NCBI GenBank assembly: GCA_965219685.1
Contig: CBDCOH010000002.1
Span: 2,368,001 to 2,432,000 of the forward strand
DNA from: Candidatus Spongiisociaceae bacterium
Lineage (GTDB): Bacteria > Actinomycetota > Acidimicrobiia > Spongiisociales > Spongiisociaceae
Reading direction: 5' to 3'
Length of the DNA: 64,000 nucleotides
In this document: piece by piece, positions 1-8,998 of the stretch
Layout of the letters: the number at the start of each line of letters is the position of its first letter
Position numbering within the stretch: position 1 is the first letter of the stretch
Translations under genes and position numbers: made by a program
The notes under the pieces: model-generated
Databases searched by the model: none
Told to the model about the DNA's origin: nothing
What the model saw: the letters and a program-made list of their open reading frames with translations, nothing else

Positions 1-851
1 CCCATCGGGCGGACCGCCGATCCGGCGTCGGCCAAACCGAGCCGCGTGCATAGCCGATCAATGTCGTACAGGTCTTCCAGCGGCCTGGCCTCCAGCACGC
101 GTAGCAACTCAGCGCCGCGGTCGCCGTTCTCCTGCAGGTAGTCCCTGGCCAGCACCTGCTGCAACTCGTCCACGCCCATCATCAGGTCTGCGTGCTGCAG
201 GCTCGCCAGATGGCCTTCCTCACCGAGGTCCACGGCAAGCCGGCTGACCCGATCACCGATGCGACGCACCAACTCGGTGCGCTGGAGAAGCGTTATCGCG
301 TCACCCAACGTCGCCTGATCATTGACCTCCAGGCGCGTCAGCCGCTCCTCCGCCTCGACAACGCGCCTCCTGAAGCGTTCCAACGTCTGGAGTTCCTGGT
401 TTATGCGCACCAGCAACTCCGAGGGGGTCCTGAGCCGGTGCTTCCGGTCGCCGTAGAAGAGGAAACACTGCCCGCGCTCCTCGCTGATGGCCAGCACCGG
501 CCGGTCGCTCATGCGCGCCATCCGCTCGGAGGTCCGGAACCGCGATCCCGTCTCGTCGGTACGGATCGAGGGATCGGGGAGGAGGTGGGCATTGGCGCGC
601 AGGATCTTCTGCCCCTCCTCGTCGAGGATGATGGCGCCATCCATCTTGGCCAACTCTGCCAGCCGGGCAGGGGCGAACGGGCTGTCCCTGAGAATGAAGC
701 CACCGTGGGCGACGGCCTCCACCTCGGGACCCGACCCGATTACGACCAGCGCGCCGTTACCCTGCTGAACGATCCGCTCCACCGCGGTACGCAATGCGGT
801 TCCGGGAGCGACACGAGCCAGAACCTCCAGAAATCCGGGCCGATCCGTCAT
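1..851 (-). CDS. disA: DNA integrity scanning diadenylate cyclase DisA (3' end outside the window)
   Basis: Not in the ORF track; translated by hand from ATG 851: MTDRPGFLEVLARVAPGTALRTAVERIVQQGNGALVVIG...LAELAKMDGAIILD...RANAHLLPDPSIRTDETGSRFRTSER. This is the typical DisA N-terminal DAC domain with the DGA motif. Confidence 0.92.
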   Translation of the reverse strand, partial: MTDRPGFLEVLARVAPGTALRTAVERIVQQGNGALVVIGSGPEVEAVAHGGFILRDSPFAPARLAELAKMDGAIILDEEGQKILRANAHLLPDPSIRTDETGSRFRTSERMARMSDRPVLAISEERGQCFLFYGDRKHRLRTPSELLVRINQELQTLERFRRRVVEAEERLTRLEVNDQATLGDAITLLQRTELVRRIGDRVSRLAVDLGEEGHLASLQHADLMMGVDELQQVLARDYLQENGDRGAELLRVLEARPLEDLYDIDRLCTRLGLADAGSAVRPM

Positions 852-1140
852 CGGTGCATCAGGCTAACGGCAACGGGTCGTGCATGTCATATGTACAAAC
901 CTCTGACCGATCGATGCGCCGCGCTCGCGCTACCGTGACCGGGCATGGTTCACTGTCGATCACCGGCCCGCCATAGTCGCCACAGCACGAGCACCAGGAG
1001 GACGAACAGAACCAGTCCCGCCAACTCGGACCGGACGGTCCATGGTTCGGCTGTCCGGATGGCGTCCGCGAACATCACCCCAGTCCTCTCCACCGCAACT
1101 AGTATCGCCCCCAAGATTAACGGGTGAAGGCAGGTTCGGA

Positions 1141-2034
1141 TTGAGCGACCGTGGACGAGGTGGATCCTGGGACGATCCATTGGACGGGATCGACTTCGAG
1201 GAGTTCGAGCTAACAGAGCCTGAGGACTGGGACGATGTGGACCCCTACCGGCCCATCGATTCACGCGAGGAATCCGTAACCTGCCCTTCCTGCGGCGTTG
1301 CCCAGAATGCCGCCAACCGGCATTGCGAGCAGTGCGGGGCAAGACTCGGACAGCAGCGTATCGCCGTGGCCGCTCCACCGCTGCGATCGGTGAGTCCGGG
1401 AGGGCGCGCGCTCGGGATCATCGTGGTCGTGATCGCATTGGTGGTAGTGGCGGCGCTGGTCATCTCGGCGATCCGTGGGGAAGACCCGGACACCGAGGTG
1501 GTAGCCGAGGAGCAGGAGACCACACCCTCCACGCCGCCGACAACCCTGGGTCGTCTCATGAAGGTGACGCCTATCTCCATTACCTGCTCAAGCGAGTACA
1601 ACGCCAACCTCGGTTGCGAGAACCTGATCGATGGCACCGACACCTACTGGAACGACCAGAGCCTGCGGGGGGAGGATGCGTGGATAAAGGTCACCTTCGT
1701 AAACCCGGTGGCTCTCGAGTCCGTGCTGTTTATCAACGTCAGCAACCAGGAGAAGTTCCGCCGGAACTATCGGGTCAGAGCCGTCGAGATCCACGCCGAC
1801 GATCTTCCCGGAGTGCCGTTCGTCGAGGAGATCCCCGATGCGAACGACCGCCCGCTCTCCGTGTCGACACCTACCAACCACACGCTCGAGCTCGAGATCA
1901 GGGTGACAGCCACCTACCCCTCCGAGCCTCTCGGGGGAGGTCAGGCATTCGATGAGCTCGCCATCGAGGACCTGGAGTTCTGGGGCCGAGTGAAGGACAC
2001 CGATCCTGTGGAGAGCGAAACCGTCTCCGGGTAA
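1141..2034 (+). CDS. Membrane protein: cytoplasmic zinc ribbon, one TM helix, extracellular discoidin/F5-8-like domain
   Basis: CPSC-x10-CEQC; hydrophobic GIIVVVIALVVVAALVI; Thr/Pro linker; CSSEY...ENLIDG...YW...WIKVTF...AIEDLEFWG. Start is uncertain (TTG 1141 chosen; the ORF opens at 1042). Confidence 0.7.
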   Translation: MSDRGRGGSWDDPLDGIDFEEFELTEPEDWDDVDPYRPIDSREESVTCPSCGVAQNAANRHCEQCGARLGQQRIAVAAPPLRSVSPGGRALGIIVVVIALVVVAALVISAIRGEDPDTEVVAEEQETTPSTPPTTLGRLMKVTPISITCSSEYNANLGCENLIDGTDTYWNDQSLRGEDAWIKVTFVNPVALESVLFINVSNQEKFRRNYRVRAVEIHADDLPGVPFVEEIPDANDRPLSVSTPTNHTLELEIRVTATYPSEPLGGGQAFDELAIEDLEFWGRVKDTDPVESETVSG

Positions 2035-3254
2035 TGCCCGAGTTTTTCGATCCCTCCGACAGATCCTTCATCGACAACCCCTACCCCACGCTAAACGCCC
2101 TAAGGGAACAGGCACCGCTGCACCGCGATACGGAGTGGAACCTCTGGCTGGTGACCCGCTACGCGGACGTGAGGGCCGTGCAGTTGGACCGCCGGCTGGG
2201 GAGGGTCAAACAAGGACATGCTCTCCCCTCGGACCTGCGCCCCATCCGCAAACTCGGCCTGGTCGGGTGGGAGCCGTACTACCAGGTGGAGCGCTACTCG
2301 TTGCTCATGCTGGAACCGCCCGAGCACACCAGGCTGCGCTCGCTCGTGAACCGTGCCTTCACACCGAGGCGCGTTCGCGAACTCAGGGATCCGATCACGG
2401 CAATCGCCGATGAATTGCTGGAGAGCCTGAAGGATCGCTCGAACTTCGACCTTCTGGGCGACTACGCCCAACCGTACTCCGTCCGGGTCATCGCTACGCT
2501 GCTGGGGGCTCCGGTGGAGGACGCGGACCTGCTCCTCGACTGGTCCCACGCAATAGTGAAGATGTACGAACTCCATACCACGCACGACCAGGCCCGGGCG
2601 GCCATCGATGCCTCCGGGGAGTTCTCGCGATGGGTCTCCGACCTGATCGCCCGCCGCCGCGCCGAGCCACGAGACGACCTGATCACGGCCCTCTGCTTCG
2701 CGGAGACCGCACAGGGCCAACTGACCGACCCGGAAATAGTCTCGACCGTGATCCTCCTGCTCAACGCAGGGCACGAGGCAACGGTCAACACCATGGGCAA
2801 CGGGATAGTCGCCGCACTGCGGAACGGCAACGCGTGGAGACAACTCGTCGACCGATCCGTCCAACCCGCCACAGCCATCGAAGAGATGATGCGCTTCGAC
2901 CCTCCCCTCCAACTCTTCGAGCGCTACGTCCTCGCTGAAGGAGTCGAGATCGCAGGAACCCCCATTCCTCCCGGTGACAAGGTCGCCGTCCTGTTCGGAT
3001 CCGCCAACCGGGATCCGCGAAGGTTCGAGGCGCCCGACGAGTTCCGCATCGGCCGGGGTGATGCGGATCACATCACCTTCGGGGCGGGGGTCCACTTCTG
3101 CCTGGGCGCGCCCCTCGCCCGCCTGGAACTGGAGATCGCGGTGGACCGGCTCACCCGGGCCTTCCCCGAAGCGAGACTCGCCTTCGAACCCCGGCGTGAA
3201 GATGGATTCGTCATCCGCGGCTACGACACCGTGGAACTGTCAACGTCCGGATAA
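2034..3254 (+). CDS. Cytochrome P450
   Basis: EPPEHTRLR, I-helix AGHEAT, EEMMR (ExxR), heme motif FGAGVHFCLG; TAATG overlap with the upstream gene. Confidence 0.97.
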   Translation: MPEFFDPSDRSFIDNPYPTLNALREQAPLHRDTEWNLWLVTRYADVRAVQLDRRLGRVKQGHALPSDLRPIRKLGLVGWEPYYQVERYSLLMLEPPEHTRLRSLVNRAFTPRRVRELRDPITAIADELLESLKDRSNFDLLGDYAQPYSVRVIATLLGAPVEDADLLLDWSHAIVKMYELHTTHDQARAAIDASGEFSRWVSDLIARRRAEPRDDLITALCFAETAQGQLTDPEIVSTVILLLNAGHEATVNTMGNGIVAALRNGNAWRQLVDRSVQPATAIEEMMRFDPPLQLFERYVLAEGVEIAGTPIPPGDKVAVLFGSANRDPRRFEAPDEFRIGRGDADHITFGAGVHFCLGAPLARLELEIAVDRLTRAFPEARLAFEPRREDGFVIRGYDTVELSTSG

Positions 3255-3266
3255 GGGGAGCGCACG

Positions 3267-4199
3267 ATGCCCATACGAATGGTGATCGACACGGACACCG
3301 CCTCGGACGATGCGGTCGCCTTGGCGATGGCGCTGCGGCATCCGGCTGTCGACGTGGTGGCCATCACAACAGTGGCGGGAAACTGCCCTGTCGAGCTCTC
3401 GACCCGTAACGCCCTGTACACGGCGGAGTTGTGCGGCGCCGATGTCCCCGTCTACCAGGGAGCGGCCGGCCCGCTGGTGGTGGACGCCCACTTCGCCACC
3501 TGGTTCCACGGGGAGGACGGCCTCGGTGACCAGGGCTACCCGCCGCCGGCCCGTGAACCGGAGCCCGCGGATGCATCGACGGCACTCATCGGCGCCATCC
3601 GCGCCAACCCCGGTTGCGTGCTGGTGACCCTCGGCCCCTTGACCAACGTGGTCGTAGCGTTGCGGCAAGCCCCCGACATCGTCGACCTGGTAGGTAGGTG
3701 CGTGGTCATGGGGGGAACGGTCAACGCGGTCGGAAACGTCACCCCCGCCGCCGAGTTCAACCTGTGGTTCGACCCGCACGCCGCGCGCGCCGTGTTCGCA
3801 TCGGGACTGCCCATCGAGATGGTGCCCTGGGAGATATGCCGGGGCGAGGCCGGGTTGGACCGCGAGGAGCGGGTGGCGCTCAGGGCCTTGGACACCCCCC
3901 TCGCCCACTTCTTCGTGGACTGCAACTCCACCGCTATGGAAGCGGCACGCAGGCAGTCGGGAACCCGCCGGATGGAACTCCCCGATCCGACCGCCATGGC
4001 GGTCGCCCTCGACAAGGCGGCTGTAATCACCCATTCGACCCGCCACCACGTCGAGGTCGAGGCGGAGAGTCCGTTGACCAGGGGAATGTCGGTGGTCGAC
4101 TCGCTCGACGTCACCGGTAACCCACCCAACGTCGAGGTGGTTCACGCCATCAACACGGACCGCTTCAAGCAGATGATCTCCGACGCCGCAAGCGGGTAA
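3267..4199 (+). CDS. Nucleoside hydrolase (IU-NH family)
   Basis: DTDTASDD (DxDxxxDD), HGEDGLGD, LGPLTN, AEFNLWFDP. Confidence 0.95.
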   Translation: MPIRMVIDTDTASDDAVALAMALRHPAVDVVAITTVAGNCPVELSTRNALYTAELCGADVPVYQGAAGPLVVDAHFATWFHGEDGLGDQGYPPPAREPEPADASTALIGAIRANPGCVLVTLGPLTNVVVALRQAPDIVDLVGRCVVMGGTVNAVGNVTPAAEFNLWFDPHAARAVFASGLPIEMVPWEICRGEAGLDREERVALRALDTPLAHFFVDCNSTAMEAARRQSGTRRMELPDPTAMAVALDKAAVITHSTRHHVEVEAESPLTRGMSVVDSLDVTGNPPNVEVVHAINTDRFKQMISDAASG

Positions 4200-4295
4200 T
4201 CGTTCTGTGATCAGCGCCGCCACGTGGCGAAACGGTCGTCACCGACCGGTACTGTCTACCCGCTCGTGGAGTGACGCAGGCCCGATGCTGAAACG

Positions 4296-4653
4296 TTAGG
4301 GAAGGCTCCTGATAGTCCATAGACCGTTGTCTCGGTCGGCGACAAAGTTGTTGAGGTGCATGCCGCCGCCGGCGCAGATGCATCCGAGACATCCGGAACC
4401 GTCGGGCTCAACCCTGAATGTGAATTGACTCGGACCATCGTCGTGACTGCAGCTCTCTCCCGCACTCAGAGTCAATCCCAGACGGCACGTACCATCATCA
4501 GTCGTGGTATCGGGCGCGGCCGTGGTGGTAGGTCTCGTCGTGGTGGTGGTAGGCGCGGAGGTTGGAGCGTTGGTGGTGACGCTGCCGTCATCGCCGCAGC
4601 CCAACCGCGAGCAGCGCAAGTGCAGACAGCACTGCGATCAACCTCCAAGTCAT
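4296..4653 (-). pseudogene. Small Cys-containing lipoprotein with a +1 frameshift at the lipobox (or a sequencing error)
   Basis: AGGAGG RBS, then MTWRLIAVLSALALLAVG. Removing one G from GGG (4600-4602) restores LAVG-CGDD, a Thr-rich linker and a domain ending WTIRSLP. Confidence 0.7.
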
Positions 4654-4747
4654 TGACCTAGCCTCCTGGTAACACATAGAAACCACCCGGCACCTCCCTG
4701 ACAATTGAGACGCGAACTCAACCGAGCTGCGGCAACTTTTGCGTTGC

Positions 4748-4936
4748 CTATGGCAGACTTTCGATGGTCCACACACCGCCGGCCCTCGTCATACGCAACC
4801 CGCCCAAAAAGACAATCGACCCGCTGAATCTGGAATTGCTCATTTGGATGGCACCGATCGAGCCGTCGACAATCGCTACCGAAGAACCATCAATGCTGAT
4901 ACTGAACCCTTCGCCGTCACAGCTGTCACCAGGGCT
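4748..4936 (-). pseudogene. C-terminal fragment of a paralogous lipoprotein domain, truncated by IS110
   Basis: SPGDSC...F...GVWTIESLP* aligns with SAGESC...F...GLWTIRSLP* of the neighbouring gene. Similarity ends at the IS boundary. Confidence 0.6.
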
Positions 4937-5555
4937 TTGTCCCCCTGTCAGTTGGATGGCCTGGGGGGTGTTGCCACCCGCCGTGGTTGGGCACCTGCGA
5001 CCTCTTGGGGGACAAGCACCGACAGGGGGCTGGTTCGCAGATGTGGTTGAGGCGTTGGTGCCCTCGAGTAGCTGCCGAAAGGAGTTTGCGACTAGAGAGG
5101 ACCAGTTGATGGGTGAGAGCCTTACGCCCGCTCCCGGAGTGTTCGTCGGTGTGGACATCGCCAAGGGCAAACATTACGCCTGTGCGGTGTCGGCTTGTGG
5201 TGAGGCGCTGTTTTCTCGGGCGGTTCGCAGCGACGAAGCAGCGATCCGGCGGGTGATCGACGACGCTGGGGACCACGGCCGGCCGGCGTTGGTGGTTGAT
5301 ATGACATCGTCTGCGGCTGTTGGGACCCTCGCGGTCGCCGCAGAGATGACGATTCCGGTGGCTTATGTCACCGGCTTGGCGATGCGCCGAGCTGCCGACC
5401 TCTACGCCGGTGCGGCAAAGGCTGACCCCACCGACGCCCAGGTGTTGGCCGACTTCGCTTGGCGTAACGCGGACCGGCTGACCTGGACCACCATCACCGA
5501 TGAGTTGTTGGCCGTGGTCGGCGGCTCTGGAGCGTGCCGTCGGTGGAAAGGCTGA
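4935..5555 (+). mobile_element. IS110-family element remnant: left non-coding end plus truncated transposase
   Basis: Transposase from ATG 5109 with RuvC-like DEDD motifs FVGVDIAKGKHYA, LVVD, VAYVTGLAMRRAADLY and KADPTDA; no C-terminal Tnp domain. A CT dinucleotide lies at the apparent junction (4935-4936). Confidence 0.85.
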
Positions 5556-5595
5556 TGTCGACACCTGGTCTCAGAGCTGCGCTGGCGAAATACCA

Positions 5596-5611
5596 CCCCC
5601 CCCCCCCCCCC
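5596..5611. repeat. Poly-C homopolymer (16 C)
   Basis: Counted directly in the sequence. Confidence 0.9.
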
Positions 5612-5717
5612 GGACCGGAAACACCGGAACAAAGGCGCGGCGACAGCTCCGAGCACGGTGGAACATCTCACTACATCTGAAACGCCAGGTCCCGAGCGAA
5701 ACCAAACCAACAAGCGT

Positions 5718-5744
5718 CGAGGTCAAACCGACCGGTTGACCTCG
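5718..5744. repeat. Inverted repeat / hairpin CGAGGTCAA-N9-TTGACCTCG
   Basis: 9-bp perfect stem; may be the remnant of an IS end. Confidence 0.55.
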
Positions 5745-6059
5745 CAGACGGCATCCTCAGGACAGATAGCCCGAACCCGCTGTGCCCAGTCGATATCGAG
5801 CACCACGAGGCGCTTACCAACGTGCGGCGGTCGGAGGCCACCACCTTCAAGCCCGTCGCAGCAGGCACGCATCGGTCAGCACTCAAACCGCTTGACGCCC
5901 TTGTTGAGTACTGCGTGGGCGATCTTGCGAAGCCTATGTCCTCACTCGGGGAGACATCCCACTTGGCCGAGGAGGGCTCTTGCTGTCACCAGCACTGGTC
6001 CGTAGCCGGTCGGAGCCACCCCGCCGCCCTTAGTCCATTCGTTCCAGTCGAGAACCATC

Positions 6060-6310
6060 TGCCTGAACCGTTTCGTACGGCCGCGCTCCCGTTCTCGACA
6101 GTGACAGCGATGCCGCCGTCGACCGGACTGACCGCTTGGACGTATCCCCGTTGGCGGACGAGCCCCTCGGCCTTTCCGTTCAGCGCATCGTCGGGGCCGT
6201 CGGCGGCGCCGCTGAGGGCGATCTGCACCATCGCCGCCCACCTCGGCTTTGAGCGACTCGGGCGAGCCGCTAGCGACGATCTTGCCGTGGTCGATGATGG
6301 CGATGATGTT
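6060..6310 (-). pseudogene. Frameshifted C-terminal fragment of a DrrA-like ABC ATPase
   Basis: IAIIDHGKIVASGSPESLKAEVGGD continues in another frame as VQIALSG...VQAVSPVDGGIAVTVENG; no Walker A/B present. Confidence 0.7.
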
Positions 6311-6587
6311 TGTCAAGTCATCTATCTCGCTTGCATACCATCCCGCATTGGGTCACATCCCTTGCTGGGTGCGCGGATAGGTACCCAAGTTGAGAAAGCG
6401 GTCCGTGCGGCGGGTGGTGACTCCACAGCCAGGACAGGAGTTTCTTTGCGTAGGAGCAGCGGCGAATCCTGCGGCCGGCGCGAACACTGCCGCCGCCTAT
6501 CGCATACCTTCTTAATATGGCTGTGATTAACAGTACGTAATATCGGCACCTGGCGCCGCTGGCATCTGGCCATCTGACACCTGGCCC

Positions 6588-7871
6588 CTACGTCTCACCC
6601 TTCCTGAACGGGAGGCCATCTGCGGCGGGCGGGCGGAGGCGGGAGGTGGCGAACAGCAGCACCACGAGTACTGCGATGTGGGGGGTGATAGCCGGGAGCT
6701 GGTTGGGCACGCCGGTCGAGTTGGCGTACCAGAAGCCGACTGCGATGGCGATGATCGCCAACTGCAGGGTGCCCAAGTGGCCACTCCGGCGTAGTAGTCG
6801 CCAGACGATCAGCAGGCCGACAGCGATGGCAACCAGCAGTAGGAGCGCGTGCGCTGCGTTCTCGTCCCGCAACCGCAGCGTCTCGGTGAATCCGAAGAGG
6901 ATGGCGCCCCGGGCGGTGCCGATCGGGTTCCAGTTGCCGAAGATCATGGTGGCCAGCCCTATGTAACCCTTTCCCTGGGTCTGGCCTTCCTTGTAGAGGC
7001 CGGACAGCTGGATAGCGAGGAAGCCGCCCCCCAGACCGGCGAGGCTTCCGCTGATCACCACGCCGTAGTACTTGTACTTGTAGACATTGACGCCCAGCGA
7101 GTCGGCGGCGTGGGGGTGCTCGCCGCAACTCCGCAATCGCAGACCGAACCGGGTCCGCCAGAGTACGAGTATCGACAGCGGGAGGATGAGAAAAGCGATC
7201 AGCGTCAACCACGACATCTGGAACATGAACCCCCGCAGGATCCCGGCCAGGTCCGACAACCAGAACACTTCGGCCCGCTCTATCGAACCCAGGATGTCGG
7301 GGCTCTTCCAGCCGAAGATGGTTCCGCCCGCAAGTATCGGCAGGGTGAAGTCACTCACACCGGTGATATTGGGCGACTGAGTGATCGATCCGCCGCGGTC
7401 CGTGAAGTGCAGGTCGGACAGGAAGCGGGTCAGCCCGGGCGCCATCAGGTTGACGGCTACCCCGGCGACTATGTGATCCACGTTGAAGCCGACCGCGGCC
7501 ACCGCCATCATCAAACCGCCCACGCCGCCGGCGATCGCCGCCAGCAACATCCCGACCCAGGGCCCGCCGACCAACGTTCCGAAAGCGCCGAACCAGGTCC
7601 CCAGGATCAGCATGCCCTCGAGACCGATGTTGACCACCCCGGACCGTTCCGCGAACACGCCGCCGAGTCCGGCCATGAGGATCGGGACAGACCAGGCAAG
7701 GGCGATCGACCATGTACCGCTCGAGGTCAGGTCATCGGTGGCCTGCTTGGCGAACGTCTGGGTGGCAGCCAGCAGGAGCACCGCGGCCAAGCTGTAGACA
7801 ATCCACCGTCGCCGTCCTTGCAGGAGGGCTTCCCGCAGGTCGATCACGGGTCTCTCACGCACCGTACTCAC
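6588..7871 (-). CDS. Nucleoside/sugar ABC transporter permease (CUT2)
   Basis: ERSGVVNIGLEG, TRFGLRLRSCGEHPHAADSLGVNV, G.GYIGLA..IFG.W.P. Confidence 0.93.
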   Translation of the reverse strand: MSTVRERPVIDLREALLQGRRRWIVYSLAAVLLLAATQTFAKQATDDLTSSGTWSIALAWSVPILMAGLGGVFAERSGVVNIGLEGMLILGTWFGAFGTLVGGPWVGMLLAAIAGGVGGLMMAVAAVGFNVDHIVAGVAVNLMAPGLTRFLSDLHFTDRGGSITQSPNITGVSDFTLPILAGGTIFGWKSPDILGSIERAEVFWLSDLAGILRGFMFQMSWLTLIAFLILPLSILVLWRTRFGLRLRSCGEHPHAADSLGVNVYKYKYYGVVISGSLAGLGGGFLAIQLSGLYKEGQTQGKGYIGLATMIFGNWNPIGTARGAILFGFTETLRLRDENAAHALLLLVAIAVGLLIVWRLLRRSGHLGTLQLAIIAIAVGFWYANSTGVPNQLPAITPHIAVLVVLLFATSRLRPPAADGLPFRKGET

Positions 7872-8998
7872 GTGTCGGCCTCCTTGGCATCGACCCCCGG
7901 AGCTTCGACGACCTGTGCAGCCGCGGCCGCGGCCGCCTCGATCCGTCTGCGCCGTTGGGCCAGCGCGTAGGCGATCACCGCGAACAGGATGATGACCCCC
8001 ACCATGATCGTCACGATCTCCCGCGGGGCGTCACCCCTCACCTCCAGCACCCCGGACGCTCGTTCGAGCCAACCGAAGGCCACCGCGGCGATCGCGGCCC
8101 CGACCGCGTGGTTACGGCCCAGCAGGGCCACCGCGATGCCGGCGAAGCCCAAGCCCTGCGGGAACCGGAGGCTGTAGAAGTGCTGGTCACCGAGTAGGTC
8201 GGCCATTCCCACCAGCCCCGCAACCGCGCCGCTGATCAGCATGGCCAGAACGATGGTTCGTTTGGGCGGTACGCCGCTGGCCTCCGCCGCCCACGGGTTA
8301 GTCCCGGTCGCCCGCAGGTCGAACCCGAGCCGGGTCCGGTTGACCAAGAGGTGGTAGCCGACGCCTACTGCCGCCGCTACGAGGATGAAGCCGGTCAACT
8401 CCACGCGTTTGATCTCCCGGGTGACCAGTTCGAGGATCGGGTTGAGGCTCGGGAACCAGCCGGTGGTGGCGATGTCACCCAGGCGGGTGTCGAGGGACTC
8501 ACTCTCGATACTCCACCGTCCCAGCAGGAAGGAGACCACCCCGCCCACCGCGATGGCGTTGAGCATGATGGTGGAGATCACCTCGTGGACGTTGCGGGTC
8601 ACCTTCATCCATCCGGCCAGACCGGACCAGGCCGCACCTACCAGCATCGCCACGAGGATGATGATCAGAACGTGTAGCGGAGGGAACAACGAGCCCACAC
8701 CGGCACCGACGTAGGCGGCGAGGAAAGCCGCCAGGATGTACTGGCCCTCCACGCCGATCTGGAACAGGTTCATCCTCATGGCGATGGCGAACGCGATGCC
8801 GGAGAGGTAGAGGGGTGTAGCCCGGTTGAAGGCCTCGACAAGGGTCTCGAGCCGGGTGCCGTACTCAATGACGTTGCCGAAGGCGACGAAGGGGTTGGCG
8901 CCGGAGACAGCGAGTATGACCGAGGCGACGATGACGGCCAGTAGCACTGCGCCCACCGGCGGGCCCAGTACCCTGCGGACGGCTCGCAGCCTGTTCAT
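7868..8998 (-). CDS. Nucleoside/sugar ABC transporter permease (CUT2)
   Basis: FQIGVEGQ, HEVISTIMLN, GFAGIAVALLGRNH. Confidence 0.93.
   Translation of the reverse strand: MNRLRAVRRVLGPPVGAVLLAVIVASVILAVSGANPFVAFGNVIEYGTRLETLVEAFNRATPLYLSGIAFAIAMRMNLFQIGVEGQYILAAFLAAYVGAGVGSLFPPLHVLIIILVAMLVGAAWSGLAGWMKVTRNVHEVISTIMLNAIAVGGVVSFLLGRWSIESESLDTRLGDIATTGWFPSLNPILELVTREIKRVELTGFILVAAAVGVGYHLLVNRTRLGFDLRATGTNPWAAEASGVPPKRTIVLAMLISGAVAGLVGMADLLGDQHFYSLRFPQGLGFAGIAVALLGRNHAVGAAIAAVAFGWLERASGVLEVRGDAPREIVTIMVGVIILFAVIAYALAQRRRRIEAAAAAAAQVVEAPGVDAKEADT

Noticed and set aside
192-938. 248-aa plus-strand ORF in the track
   Set aside because: Antisense shadow of disA, which the track missed because it runs off the window edge.
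5791-5798. Single CGATATCG boxes (here, ~39609 inside the M20 gene, and GGATATCG at ~12643)
   Set aside because: No second box at 13-bp phase; single 8-mers are expected by chance.
5822-6526. 234-aa plus-strand ORF in the decayed region
   Set aside because: No motifs, overlaps the ABC remnant on the other strand; probably spurious.
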